Positions 53,641 through 63,696 of a DNA stretch of 64,000 bases are shown piece after piece (within the stretch, counting starts at the first letter, position 1; each line of letters begins with the position of its first letter). The notes beneath the pieces were generated by a model that was not told where the DNA came from, did no database searches, and was given only the letters and a program-made list of their open reading frames with translations. The position numbers were made by a program, and so were the translations under genes. The stretch lies in assembly GCA_963762175.1 (NCBI GenBank), contig CAVXJW010000005.1:438123-502122 (forward strand), given 5' to 3'. This stretch comes from an uncultured Acidimicrobiaceae bacterium (GTDB lineage Bacteria > Actinomycetota > Acidimicrobiia > Acidimicrobiales > RAAP-2).

Positions 53641-55239
53641 GTGGCGGGCCGGGCTCCGAGCCGTCGGCGGGCGCGCTCGACCTTCCGTCCCGATCCGGCT
53701 GAGTTCGCCACGCTGGCCAAGGAGCACGCCATCGTGCCGGTCTGGTGCGAGGTGGTGGCCGACACCCTGACGCCGGTCACCTGCTTCGCCAACGTCGTGG
53801 GCGAGGGCGACGGTTTCCTCTTCGAGTCGGTCGAGGGCGGCGAGCGCTGGGGGCGCTACTCCTTCGTCGGACGGCGTCCGCTGGCCACGTTGACGGCGCG
53901 CGGTCGACAGGTCGAGGTTGCCGGGCGGCTCGGGTTGCACAGCTCCGACGACGGGATCCTGGCAGCGGTCGAGTCCATGGTGGCGCGCTTCCGGTCGCCG
54001 TCCCTCGCCGGGCTACCTCCACTGCACGGAGGGCTGGTGGGCTATCTCGGCTACGACGTCGTGCGCGAGGTCGAGCGGCTCCCGAACGTGCCCGACGACG
54101 ACCTCGGCCATCCCGACGCCGCGCTCGTCGTCATCGGCCAGTTCTGCGCCTTCGACCACTGGCGTCAGCGCATCGTCCTGGTCGACAACGTCGTGGTGCC
54201 CGAGCGGCCCGATGGCGAGGTCGACACCGCGGCGGTGCAGGCGGCCTACGACGAGGCCTGCGCAAGGCTGGTGGAGCTGGCGGCGGACTGCGCCCGGCCC
54301 GGAGACGGGTCCGAGCCGCGCCCCATGGTGGCCGCGCCCCCGTCCGGCCTGGCCAAGGCCGAAGCGGTACGGACGGTCAGCTCCGAGGCCTATAAGGCAT
54401 CCATCGGCGCAGCCAAGGAGTACATCCGGGCCGGCGACATCTTCCAGGTCGTCCTGTCGCAGCGCTTCGACCTGACCCTCGATGCCGATCCCTACGACGT
54501 CTACCGGGCCCTGCGCCTGCTCAACCCCAGCCCGTACATGTACTTCCTGCGGTTCCCCGAGGTCACCGTCGTCGGTGCGTCGCCAGAGCCGATGGTACGC
54601 CTGCGCGACGGCACGGTCATCTCCCGCCCGATCGCCGGCTCGCGGCCGCGGGGCGAGAACGAGCAGCACGACCGGCTGCTCGAGGGCGAGCTGGCCGAAG
54701 ACCCCAAGGAGCTGGCAGAGCACATCATGCTGGTCGACCTGGCCCGCAACGATGTGGGGCGCGTGGTCAGCTTTGGCACCGAGAAGGTCGACGAACTCCT
54801 GACGATCGAGCGCTACAGCCACATCATGCACATCACGTCGCAGGTGTCGGGCGAGCTGGCCGACGGGAAGGGCCCGATCGACGTGCTGCGGGCGACCCTT
54901 CCGGCCGGGACGCTGTCGGGCGCGCCCAAAGTGCGCGCCATGGAGATCATCGACGAGCTCGAGCCGACTAAGCGCGGCATCTACGGCGGCGTCGTGGGCT
55001 ACATCGACTTCTCCGGCAACGTCGACACGGCCATCGCCATCCGCACCATGGTGGTGACGCCGGGCGGCCGGGCCAGCGTGCAGGCCGGGGCGGGGATCGT
55101 GGCGGACAGCGATCCGCAGAGCGAGGACGAGGAGTGCGCGCACAAGGCGGGCGCGCTGCTGGTCGCGGTGACGGCGGCGCGCGGCATGACCGCGGCGGCG
55201 CAGGCGCAGGCGCAGCGTCACGCCCGCCCGGTTCCGTGA
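53641..55239 (+). CDS. trpE: anthranilate synthase component I
   Basis: VPVWCEVVADTLTPV, FLFESVEGGERWGRYSF, GYLGYD, IRAGDIFQVVLSQRF, NPSPYMYFL, GSRPRG, EHIMLVDLARNDVGRV, GTLSGAPKVRAMEII, RGIYGGVVGY. Confidence 0.92.
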   Translation: MAGRAPSRRRARSTFRPDPAEFATLAKEHAIVPVWCEVVADTLTPVTCFANVVGEGDGFLFESVEGGERWGRYSFVGRRPLATLTARGRQVEVAGRLGLHSSDDGILAAVESMVARFRSPSLAGLPPLHGGLVGYLGYDVVREVERLPNVPDDDLGHPDAALVVIGQFCAFDHWRQRIVLVDNVVVPERPDGEVDTAAVQAAYDEACARLVELAADCARPGDGSEPRPMVAAPPSGLAKAEAVRTVSSEAYKASIGAAKEYIRAGDIFQVVLSQRFDLTLDADPYDVYRALRLLNPSPYMYFLRFPEVTVVGASPEPMVRLRDGTVISRPIAGSRPRGENEQHDRLLEGELAEDPKELAEHIMLVDLARNDVGRVVSFGTEKVDELLTIERYSHIMHITSQVSGELADGKGPIDVLRATLPAGTLSGAPKVRAMEIIDELEPTKRGIYGGVVGYIDFSGNVDTAIAIRTMVVTPGGRASVQAGAGIVADSDPQSEDEECAHKAGALLVAVTAARGMTAAAQAQAQRHARPVP

Positions 55240-56246
55240 CGGCGACGGCGCTCGTCGCCGAGACCGAGGCCCTGCGCTCCGGAGCGGGCGCGTTCCGGGC
55301 CGGCCGCGACGTCCTCGCCGTGCGCGGCCCCGACGCCGAGGCGTACCTGCAGGGCCAGTTGAGCCAGGACGTGGCCGCGTTGGCCGTCGGCGCGTCGGCG
55401 CACTCACTCCTGTTGGAGCCCGACGGCAAGCTGTCCGCCCTGCTGCGCGTGACCCGTACGGACGGACAGGGCTTCGTGCTCGACGTCGACAAGGGCTACG
55501 GCGACGCCGTCGCCGCACGGCTGCGCCGCTTCCTGTTGCGCTCGAAGGTCGAGCTGGAAGCACTGGCCTGGCGTGACCTGTCGCTGCGGGGCGCCGGTGT
55601 CGGCGCGGCCGCCGCCGGCCTGTTGACCGTGCTGGCCGAGCGCGGCGTGCTCGCCCTGCCGTTCGCGTGGAACGGCTGGACCGGCGTGGACCTGCTCGGT
55701 CCGGCCGACGTGGTCCTCGGGCCCGACGACGCCGCGCTGCCGGACGGGGTCACGGCCTGCGGCGCCGAGGCGGTGGAAGCCTGCCGGATCGTGTCGGGCC
55801 TCCCCGCCATGGGCACCGAGCTCACGGAGAAGACGATCGCGGCGGAAGCCGGGCTGGTGGGACGCACCGTCAGCTTTACCAAGGGTTGCTACACCGGACA
55901 GGAGTTGGTGGCTCGCCTCGATGCCCGCGGCTCGAACGTGCCGCGCCGCCTCGTGGGCCTCGTCGCTCCGACCGGTGAGGAGATCGCGCTCGCCCGCGGC
56001 ATGACGCTGCACGGCGGGGACGCTCCGGCGGGCGACGGCGCCGCCGAGGACAAGGTTGCGGGCACGATCACCTCCGCCGCCTGGAGCGTAGAGCTCGACG
56101 CGTGGGTCGCCCTGGCCTACTTGCACCGCAAGGTGGAGGCGCCGGGACCGGTGCGTGTCCGCTCGGGTGACGGCGTCGGCGGCTCGCGTGCGGTGCACGC
56201 CGCGCTGCTCCCTCTGAAGGGGACGGCCGAGCCCTCGACCGACTGA
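55236..56246 (+). CDS. YgfZ/GcvT-like folate-binding protein
   Basis: GTG overlaps the trpE stop. AVRGPDAEAYLQGQLSQDV...VSFTKGCYTGQELVARL (hallmark KGCYxGQE). Confidence 0.8.
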   Translation: MTATALVAETEALRSGAGAFRAGRDVLAVRGPDAEAYLQGQLSQDVAALAVGASAHSLLLEPDGKLSALLRVTRTDGQGFVLDVDKGYGDAVAARLRRFLLRSKVELEALAWRDLSLRGAGVGAAAAGLLTVLAERGVLALPFAWNGWTGVDLLGPADVVLGPDDAALPDGVTACGAEAVEACRIVSGLPAMGTELTEKTIAAEAGLVGRTVSFTKGCYTGQELVARLDARGSNVPRRLVGLVAPTGEEIALARGMTLHGGDAPAGDGAAEDKVAGTITSAAWSVELDAWVALAYLHRKVEAPGPVRVRSGDGVGGSRAVHAALLPLKGTAEPSTD

Positions 56247-56327
56247 CCGACTGGCCGGCACCGGCAGCACCGGGATCGCAACCGGACGCCCACCGCAGCT
56301 GAGACACCGGGGGTGCACGCTTTCGGC

Positions 56328-56492
56328 ATGGGGAACAGCGAGGACGACACGGACGTGACCACGCCGGGCACCGAGGCACTGCCCGACCTCAACCCGTGGC
56401 GCCAGGTGGGCTGGATCTTCCATGACGGCGACTGTGTCGCCATTGCGCGGGACGGCGGCGACGGGCCGCCTGTCGGCGTCCGGGCAAAGTGA
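56328..56492 (+). CDS. small hypothetical protein (54 aa)
   Basis: Read by hand, as it is below the ORF-track cutoff: MGNSEDDTDVTTPGTEALPDLNPWRQVGWIFHDGDCVAIARDGGDGPPVGVRAK. High third-position G/C. Its TGA shares its A with the next ATG. Could be one gene with the next ORF if an indel lies at the junction. Confidence 0.35.
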   Translation: MGNSEDDTDVTTPGTEALPDLNPWRQVGWIFHDGDCVAIARDGGDGPPVGVRAK

Positions 56493-56701
56493 TGGTCAAG
56501 GTGACCCACGTGGCGGACGACGGCACCGAAATGGCGACCGTCGAGCTCGACGACTTCACGGTCGAGGTCGTCTACGCGGGCCTGGCTGAGATGCTGCGCG
56601 AGGCCGCCGCGACCCGTGCCCCCGTGGTTCGAACCGCCTGCGAACCGTCGCGCGAGGCCCGCCAACGCCGGCAGCGGGTGCTCACCCGCCTCCGCGACTG
56701 A
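56492..56701 (+). CDS. small hypothetical protein (about 69 aa)
   Basis: MVKVTHVADDGTEMATVELDDFTVEVVYAGLAEMLREAAATRAP... Coupled to the preceding ORF. No recognisable domain. Confidence 0.4.
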   Translation: MVKVTHVADDGTEMATVELDDFTVEVVYAGLAEMLREAAATRAPVVRTACEPSREARQRRQRVLTRLRD

Positions 56702-56779
56702 CCCGACGCAGGTTGGGCCCACGCCCGTACCCAGGGAGTGGGCCAGGAGCGAAAGGGCGCGCCGCTACGCTGAAGCGTC

Positions 56780-57568
56780 ATGCCCACCTATCTGGCGGAC
56801 ATCCTCACGGCTCACCGGGCCCGCGCCGAGGCGGACCACCGCGCCCTTCCGGACCTGGTCGAACAGGCGGCCGGGACACCGCCGCCCAGGGACTTCCTCG
56901 GCGCGCTCCGAGGTGACGGCCTCTCCTGCATTGCCGAGATCAAGCGGCGATCCCCGTCGAAGGGCGACCTCGACCCCGGCCTGCAGCCCGATCTGGTTGC
57001 CAAGGACTATGTCAGCGGGGGCGCCGCCTGCCTCTCGATCTTGACCGACGTCGACTTCTTCGGTGGCTCGGTGGCCGACCTGGCCGCGGGTCGCCAGGCA
57101 TCGGGTCTGCCCGTGCTGCGCAAGGACTTCACCGTCCAAGAAGCCGATGTGGCCGATGCCCGCCTCATGGGCGCCGATGCGGTGCTGCTGATCGCGGCAG
57201 CGCTGTCCGACGCCGAACTCGAGGTGTGTGCGTCGCTCGCCGCGCAGCTCGGACTGGCCGCCTTGGTGGAGGTGCACGACGAGGAGGAGCTGACACGCGC
57301 CCTGGCCGCGGGTGCCGGCCTGGTCGGGGTCAACCAGCGGGACCTGCGCACGTTCGAGGTCGATCATGAGCGCGCCTGTGCGATGGCGCGCAGTATTCCT
57401 CCCGGTGTGGTCGCCGTGGCCGAGTCGGGTATCCGTGATGCCGACGACGCCCGCCGCCTGGCCGAGGCCGGCTACGACGCCATCCTCGTCGGCGAGACGC
57501 TCGTGCGGGCGGCGGACCGCCCGGCCCAGCTCCGAGAATTGGTCGGGCATCCCGTCGGGTCGCGATGA
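56780..57568 (+). CDS. trpC: indole-3-glycerol-phosphate synthase
   Basis: IAEIKRRSPSKG, AACLSILTDVDFFGG, PVLRKDF, GADAVLLI, ALVEVHDEEEL, VGVNQRDLRTF, VAESGI. Confidence 0.93.
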   Translation: MPTYLADILTAHRARAEADHRALPDLVEQAAGTPPPRDFLGALRGDGLSCIAEIKRRSPSKGDLDPGLQPDLVAKDYVSGGAACLSILTDVDFFGGSVADLAAGRQASGLPVLRKDFTVQEADVADARLMGADAVLLIAAALSDAELEVCASLAAQLGLAALVEVHDEEELTRALAAGAGLVGVNQRDLRTFEVDHERACAMARSIPPGVVAVAESGIRDADDARRLAEAGYDAILVGETLVRAADRPAQLRELVGHPVGSR

Positions 57569-58248
57569 GCGAAGACCTGTTCGTCAAGATCTGCGGCATC
57601 ACGTCGGAGGCGGACGCCCTCCTCGCGGTGAGCCTCGGCGCCTCTGCCGTCGGCTTCATTTTCGCCCCGTCACCGCGGCAGGTCTCGGTGCAACTGGCCG
57701 GCGACATCGCCAAGCGGCTGCCGGAGCACGTCCTCACCGTCGGGGTCTTCCGTGACGAGGCTCCTCAGCGCATCGTCGACACCATTGGCGTGGCCGGCCT
57801 GGGTGCCGCGCAGATGCACGGGCACGAGTCGGCCGAGGAGACCAAGTGGGTGCGCTCCCGGGTGCACACGGTGATCAAGGCGTTTCCTGCCGGCGATCGC
57901 ACCATCACCCGCTTCGAGGACTTCGGTGCGGATTTCCTCCTCGTGGACGGGGAGAACCCGGGCTCGGGTCAGGTGTTCGACTGGCGCCTGGCCGAGGGTG
58001 TCGCCGACCCGAAGCGGATGATCGTCTCGGGGGGCCTCACTCCGGACAACGTGGCCCAGGCCGTGGTGCACCTGCGCCCCGCCGGCGTGGACGTGGCCAG
58101 TGGCGTGGAGGCCGCACCGGGCCGCAAGGATCCATTGCTGCTGCGGACATTCATCCTCAACGCGCGCCAGGCACACGCCGAAACCGCGTCACGGGACCCG
58201 CTCGACACCGCGGTGGCCGACGAGCCCTACGACTGGAGGGACGCGTGA
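57565..58248 (+). CDS. trpF: phosphoribosylanthranilate isomerase
   Basis: [64 protein letters not shown]. Confidence 0.9.
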   Translation: MSEDLFVKICGITSEADALLAVSLGASAVGFIFAPSPRQVSVQLAGDIAKRLPEHVLTVGVFRDEAPQRIVDTIGVAGLGAAQMHGHESAEETKWVRSRVHTVIKAFPAGDRTITRFEDFGADFLLVDGENPGSGQVFDWRLAEGVADPKRMIVSGGLTPDNVAQAVVHLRPAGVDVASGVEAAPGRKDPLLLRTFILNARQAHAETASRDPLDTAVADEPYDWRDA

Positions 58249-59453
58249 GCGAAGAGAACCTCAGCGAAGAGAGTCTGATGGGCCACCCGGCCGCCGACGG
58301 CCGCTTCGGTGATTTCGGCGGCCGGTTCGTTCCCGAGTCGCTGATGCCGGCCTGCCTGGAGCTCGAGAAGTGGTTCGACGACGCCTGGGCCGACCCGGCC
58401 TACCGTGCCGAACTGGACGGGCTCTTGCGGCACTACGGCGGCCGGCCCACCCCGGTCACGGAGTGCGTGCGCCTGTCCGAGCGGCTCGGCGTGCGCGTGC
58501 TGCTCAAGCGCGAGGACCTGGCCCACACGGGCTCGCACAAGCTCAACAACGTGGTGGGCCAGGCGCTGCTCACCAAGCGCATGGGCAAGGCGCGCATGAT
58601 CGCCGAGACGGGAGCGGGCCAACACGGCGTGGCGTCGGCCACGGCCGCCGCCCTCTTCGGCCTGGAGTGCACGGTCTTCATGGGCGAAGTCGACACGCAA
58701 CGCCAGGAGCTCAACGTGTTCCGCATGGAGCTGCTCGGCGCTGAGGTCCGCACGGTCACCTCGGGCAGTCGGACGCTCAAGGACGCCGTCAACGAGGCCA
58801 TGCGCGAATGGGTGGCCACCGTGGACACGACCCACTACTGCCTCGGTTCGGTGATGGGGCCGCACCCGTTCCCTTACATGGTGCGCCAGCTGCAGCGCGT
58901 CGTGGGTGAAGAGGCGCGCCAGCAGTGCGCCGACCTGCTCGGTGGCGCCGTGCCCGACGCGGTGGTGGCCTGCATCGGCGGCGGCTCCAATGCGGCGGGG
59001 ACCTTCGCCGGCTTCGTCGACACGCCGGCCCGCCTGGTGGGCGTGGAGGCGGCCGGCGGCGCTGCGGTCACCAACGGCATTCCCGGCGTGCTGCACGGCA
59101 TGCATTCGCGGCTGTTGCAGGACGAGGCGGGGCAGATCCAAGAGGCCGAGTCGATCTCGGCCGGGCTGGACTATCCCGGCCTGGGGCCCGAGCACGCCCA
59201 CCTGGCCGCCATCGGACGGGCCGAGTACTCCATGGCCACGGACGCCGAAGTCCTCGACGCGTTCCGGCTCCTGAGTCACACCGAGGGGATCATCCCGGCC
59301 CTCGAATCGGCGCACGCCGTGGCCTGGGTGGCACGGAGCGCGGGCACCGAGGCGCTCCCCAAGGGTTCCACCGTCATGGTGACGCTGTCGGGCCGGGGGG
59401 ACAAGGACGTCGCCCAGGTGCGCGAGATCTTCAAGGGTGGGACCGATGCCTGA
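58245..59453 (+). CDS. trpB: tryptophan synthase beta chain
   Basis: [82 protein letters not shown]. Confidence 0.94.
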   Translation: MSEENLSEESLMGHPAADGRFGDFGGRFVPESLMPACLELEKWFDDAWADPAYRAELDGLLRHYGGRPTPVTECVRLSERLGVRVLLKREDLAHTGSHKLNNVVGQALLTKRMGKARMIAETGAGQHGVASATAAALFGLECTVFMGEVDTQRQELNVFRMELLGAEVRTVTSGSRTLKDAVNEAMREWVATVDTTHYCLGSVMGPHPFPYMVRQLQRVVGEEARQQCADLLGGAVPDAVVACIGGGSNAAGTFAGFVDTPARLVGVEAAGGAAVTNGIPGVLHGMHSRLLQDEAGQIQEAESISAGLDYPGLGPEHAHLAAIGRAEYSMATDAEVLDAFRLLSHTEGIIPALESAHAVAWVARSAGTEALPKGSTVMVTLSGRGDKDVAQVREIFKGGTDA

Positions 59454-60216
59454 GCTCGAGAAGGAGCTCCGGTCCCGGCGCGAGCAGGGGCGCAAGCTCC
59501 TGATCCCGTACCTCATGGGGGGCATGACCGACGACTGGACCCAGTCGCTCGCGGCGGTGATCGCCGCCGGGGCCGATGCGGTGGAGGTCGGGATCCCGTT
59601 CTCCGACCCGATGATGGACGGGCCCGTCATCCAAGAGGCCGCGCTGCGTGCGCTGGACCGGGGCACCGTCCCCGATCAGGTCCTCGACGGCATCGCGCGG
59701 GCAGAAGCTCCGGTGCCCGTGGCGGTCATGACCTACTACAACCTCGTCTACCGGGCCGGGCACAAGCGGATGGCCCGATCGCTCGCCGCCGCCGGCGTGA
59801 GCGGATCGATCATCGCTGATCTGCCGATTGAGGAGATCTCCTCTTGGGCCACCGAGGCCGACGCCGCTGGGATCGACACCGTCCTGTTGGTGGCGCCGTC
59901 CTCTCCGCCTGATCGAGTGGCCCGCATCTGCGAGCGGGCCCGTGGGTTCGTCTACGCCGTAGCTCGCATGGGAGTGACGGGTGAGCGCGTCGACCTCGGG
60001 TCGGACGTGACCAAGGTGGTCGAACGGATCCGGAGCTGCACCGACATGCCCGTCTGCGTCGGTGTGGGCGTGTCGACCCCGGATCAGGCGGCGAAGGTCT
60101 GCGAGGTGGCGGACGGCGTGGTGGTGGGCTCGGCCCTCGTGCGTCGCCTGCTCGAAGACGGCGGTCCCGATGCCGCGGCAAGCTTTGTCGGGTCCTTCCG
60201 CGACGCGATCGACTAG
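59446..60216 (+). CDS. trpA: tryptophan synthase alpha chain
   Basis: ATG at 59446 overlaps the trpB end. [71 protein letters not shown]. Confidence 0.92.
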   Translation: MPELEKELRSRREQGRKLLIPYLMGGMTDDWTQSLAAVIAAGADAVEVGIPFSDPMMDGPVIQEAALRALDRGTVPDQVLDGIARAEAPVPVAVMTYYNLVYRAGHKRMARSLAAAGVSGSIIADLPIEEISSWATEADAAGIDTVLLVAPSSPPDRVARICERARGFVYAVARMGVTGERVDLGSDVTKVVERIRSCTDMPVCVGVGVSTPDQAAKVCEVADGVVVGSALVRRLLEDGGPDAAASFVGSFRDAID

Positions 60217-61431
60217 CCGCGCCCGCGGAGTTGGCGTTCCACCAGCGCGGCGATGGCGCGTTGGCCTGCCGCCGTCGGATGCGCAGCGCGCCACACATAG
60301 TCCTGCAGATCGCGCTCCGCGGCGATGGCGGAGCCGGTGAGGGCTGCGCAGGACATCGCACCGTGCAGGGCGGTCGTCTCCGAGCAGGCCCTCCCCGCCA
60401 GAATGTGCTCGGCGTCGGCGACCACGGTCGAGTCCGACACGGGTTCGCCCGAGAACGCCCAAGGATCCGCGGTGCAGATGCCGTGTCCGTCGAAAGCCTT
60501 CGACACGTCCACGAGAGTGACGTTCCTGACGTGGTGCAGTCGGGCGTCGGCCACCGCCCCGGCCACTGCCCTGTTCAGCGCGGCGAGCACGACCCGTGCC
60601 GCGGCGTAGGTGCTGTCGGCGTTCGGTTTGAGACCGCTGCAGACCAGATTCGTGTGCACGCCCGACGTCGCCGTGCCCTTGGCGATCTGCGACGGCTCGG
60701 GAATCGGCTGGTAGTAGTCGAGCACGGCGATGGTCGAGGTGTGGGGAGCGAGCAGCTCGATCGCCCGCGCCAGGCTCTGGCGGACGTTGGCCAACGTCGT
60801 GGGTGATCTGCGGCGTGACCGCCCCGTTGGCGACGCAACTGTGCCCCAGCCCGATGCCGACGTGGAAGACCTGGGCCAACTGATATTCGAGGCACGCGCT
60901 GAAGTCGATGTCATCGGCACCGTCCTGGAGGAGGACCAGGCGAGCCGGGTCCAGGGCCAGGTTCGTGGCGGCGATCTCGTCGGTCAGGTTGCGGGCCGGC
61001 TGGGGTGGAACGGGGCACTGCCCGTCACGGGTCGTGTTGTCGGAGCCGTCGGCCACGGCACCGCTGATGGCCAGCTGGTCACCCGTCAGGTGACAGTTGG
61101 TCGCCCGCACCGACATGGTGAGCCCGAGCTTCCCGGCCACCAGGCTCGGGTAGGCCTGTGTCGAAGGACCCTGGGAGACGTCGCGTGCCGGCAGGCCGAT
61201 CTGAGGGGTGAGATACGGATTGGCCAGCCCGTGCCCGTACGGGACCGAGTCGCCGAGGGCGACGGCCCTCGTCGACGCCGGTGGCGGCGGCGTCGGCACG
61301 TTGGGCGGGGGAGCGCTGCGGGTCACCAGCACGACACTGCCCGCCACGAGGGCCAACACCAGGACGACCGCGGCGACTTGTGCCGTGCGGGAGTGGCGCG
61401 CCGCGGCACCCCAGGTCTGCAGCCTTCCCAT
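60213..61431 (-). CDS. secreted SGNH/GDSL-family hydrolase; one shift at about 60830
   Basis: N-terminal anchor/signal (VAAVVLVLALVAGSVVLV), block I ALGDSVPYG, LLQDGADDIDF, then in another frame VLDYYQP and the C-terminal DYVWRAAHPT (block V-like). Converges on trpA with a 4-nt overlap. Confidence 0.7.
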
Positions 61432-61502
61432 CGACGAACCTCTCGAGACGCTGCGCGGACGGACGCCGACCGCAGCGGAGGGTGCGACCTTACCGGCTGG
61501 TC

Positions 61503-62699
61503 TCAGCCAGGGGGCAGCAGGACCAGGCAGCCGTTGTGCCCGCCGAAGCCGAAGGAGTTCGACAGGACGGCCGCGGGCTGCCACGGCCGCGGCTCCCCGT
61601 GCACGATCGGGATCGTGATCTCGGGATCGGGCTCGGCGTAGCCGGCAGTCGGCGGGATGGTGGCCCGGTCGATGGTCAGCACCGCGGCCACGGCCTCGAT
61701 GGCGCCGGCCGCGGCCAACCCGTGTCCGGTCACCCCCTTCGTGGAGGTGACGAGTGGACCGGGTTCGCCGAACACCTTCGTGATGGCACGGGACTCGGCG
61801 AGGTCGTTCAAGGGGGTGGAGGTCCCGTGGGCGTTGATGTGGCCGACGTCGGAGGGTGCGATGCCGGCATCGGCCAGCGCCAGCTCCATGCAGGCGACGG
61901 CACCCGCGCCGTCCGGTGCCGGTGCCGTGATGTGATGGGCGTCGGCGGTGCTCGCGGCCCCACCGACTTCGGCGTAAATGGTCGCACCGCGGGCCATGGC
62001 GCGGTCCCAGTCCTCGAGCACCAGCGCGGCAGCCCCTTCGGTCATCACGAAGCCGTCGCGGCGGATGTCGAAGGGACGTGAGTTGCCCGACGTCGACAGT
62101 GCGGTCATGTTGGCGAACGCGGCAAGAGCGACCGGGTGCATGCTCGCCTCGGAACCACCGCCGATCGCCACGTCGCAGCGGCCCGTCGCCACCAGATGAG
62201 CGGCGGCGGCGATGGCGTGTGTCCCTGCGGCGCAGGCGGTGCAGATCACCTCGGACGGTCCTCGCCAACCGAGCCGCATGGAGATGCCGGCGGCGCCGGC
62301 GTTGGCCATCATCATCGGCACGAGCCGCGGCGAGACACGGTCGGGGCCCTTCTCGTTGTACACCCCGACCTGGGTGGCCAAGGTCTCGAACCCACCCACG
62401 CCAGTGGCGAACACCACACCCGCCTTGGCGGGGTCGACGGAGAGCTCACCGGCGTCCGTGACGGCCTGGTCGGCCGCCACCATCGACAGCTGGGCGAACC
62501 GGTCGAGCTGGCGAACCTCTTTGGGCCCGAACCAGTCGGTTGGCTCGTAGTCCCGGACCGCGCCCCCGACCACCGAGGGGTGGAGCAATCCGTCCCAGAG
62601 CGCGTCGACACCAACTCCGCAGCACGTGACAGCGCCCAGACCGGTGACAGCAACCCGCCGCCCCCGGATCGGGCCTTCGGCGCCGATCCCGATGTGCAT
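61503..62699 (-). CDS. fabF: beta-ketoacyl-ACP synthase II
   Basis: Uninterrupted 398 aa. RRVAVTGLG, active-site TACAAG, HGTSTPLND, SFGFGGHN. Confidence 0.92.
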   Translation of the reverse strand: MHIGIGAEGPIRGRRVAVTGLGAVTCCGVGVDALWDGLLHPSVVGGAVRDYEPTDWFGPKEVRQLDRFAQLSMVAADQAVTDAGELSVDPAKAGVVFATGVGGFETLATQVGVYNEKGPDRVSPRLVPMMMANAGAAGISMRLGWRGPSEVICTACAAGTHAIAAAAHLVATGRCDVAIGGGSEASMHPVALAAFANMTALSTSGNSRPFDIRRDGFVMTEGAAALVLEDWDRAMARGATIYAEVGGAASTADAHHITAPAPDGAGAVACMELALADAGIAPSDVGHINAHGTSTPLNDLAESRAITKVFGEPGPLVTSTKGVTGHGLAAAGAIEAVAAVLTIDRATIPPTAGYAEPDPEITIPIVHGEPRPWQPAAVLSNSFGFGGHNGCLVLLPPG

Positions 62700-62938
62700 C
62701 AGAGCTTGGCGGAGATCAGGTCGAACGCCTGCCCGATGGTGGTGATGTCCTCGAGCTCGGTTTCCTCGACCGTGATGTCGAACGCCTCTTCAAGTGCCAT
62801 GACGAGCTCGACCAGGTCCAAGCTGTCGGCGTCGAGGTCATCGGCGAACTTGGCTTCCTTGGTGATCTTGTCTGCCGGCACCTGCAGCACTTCCACGGCG
62901 CACTCGCGAAACTTCTCGAACGCTGCGTCGCTGTCCAC
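62699..62938 (-). CDS. acpP: acyl carrier protein
   Basis: 79 aa. FADDLDADSLDLVELVMALEE contains the DSL phosphopantetheine site. The stop shares a base with the fabF ATG. Confidence 0.92.
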   Translation of the reverse strand: MDSDAAFEKFRECAVEVLQVPADKITKEAKFADDLDADSLDLVELVMALEEAFDITVEETELEDITTIGQAFDLISAKL

Positions 62939-62970
62939 AATCTGCTCCTTTGTCGTCGGTTCTCTGAACG

Positions 62971-63696
62971 CTACAGGCCCATACCCAGGCCGCCGTCGAC
63001 CGGCACAACGGCCCCGGTCACGTACGCGGCGGCGTCCGAGGCCAGGAAGCCCACGACGGCGGCGACGTCGGCCGGGTTGCCGGCGTGGCCGAGCGGGACC
63101 TGGCCGGCCATGAGAGCGATCCGGTCCGCGCCGAGGGCGGCGGTCATATCGGTGTCGATGAGGCCCGGCGCCACCACGTTGACGGTGATCTGCCGGCTGC
63201 CCACCTCCCGGGCGATGGCACGGGCCATGCCGACGAGACCGGCCTTGGATGCCGCGTAGTTCGCCTGTCCGGGGAGGCCGACGAAGGCGCCCACCGACGA
63301 GACGAAGACGATGCGCCCGGTGTGCAGGCGGAGCATCTTCGCCACGGCCCGCTTGGCGACGCGGAACGAGCCGGTCAGGTTGGCATCGATCACGTCATGG
63401 AAGGACTGGTCGCTCATGCGGAGCATCAGCGAGTCCAAGGTGATGCCGGCGTTCGCCACCAGGACCTGCACCGGTCCCCAGTGCTCCTCGATGGTGCCGA
63501 ACGCCGCCTCCACCTCTTCGGTATTGCGCACGTCGCAGGGCACGGCCAAGAAGCGTTCGGGGTCGGCCCCGTCGGGTGGCGGCGGAGCGTCGACCGACCG
63601 GTAGGTCGTGGCGACCTGGTCCCCGTTGGCGAGGAACCAGGCGACACACGCCGCGCCGATGCCGCGGGTGCCGCCGGTGACGAGGACGACGGCCAT
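62971..63696 (-). CDS. fabG: 3-oxoacyl-ACP reductase (SDR)
   Basis: VLVTGGTRGIG, NAG, S...YAASK catalytic motif, PGLIDTDM. Confidence 0.9.
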   Translation of the reverse strand: MAVVLVTGGTRGIGAACVAWFLANGDQVATTYRSVDAPPPPDGADPERFLAVPCDVRNTEEVEAAFGTIEEHWGPVQVLVANAGITLDSLMLRMSDQSFHDVIDANLTGSFRVAKRAVAKMLRLHTGRIVFVSSVGAFVGLPGQANYAASKAGLVGMARAIAREVGSRQITVNVVAPGLIDTDMTAALGADRIALMAGQVPLGHAGNPADVAAVVGFLASDAAAYVTGAVVPVDGGLGMGL

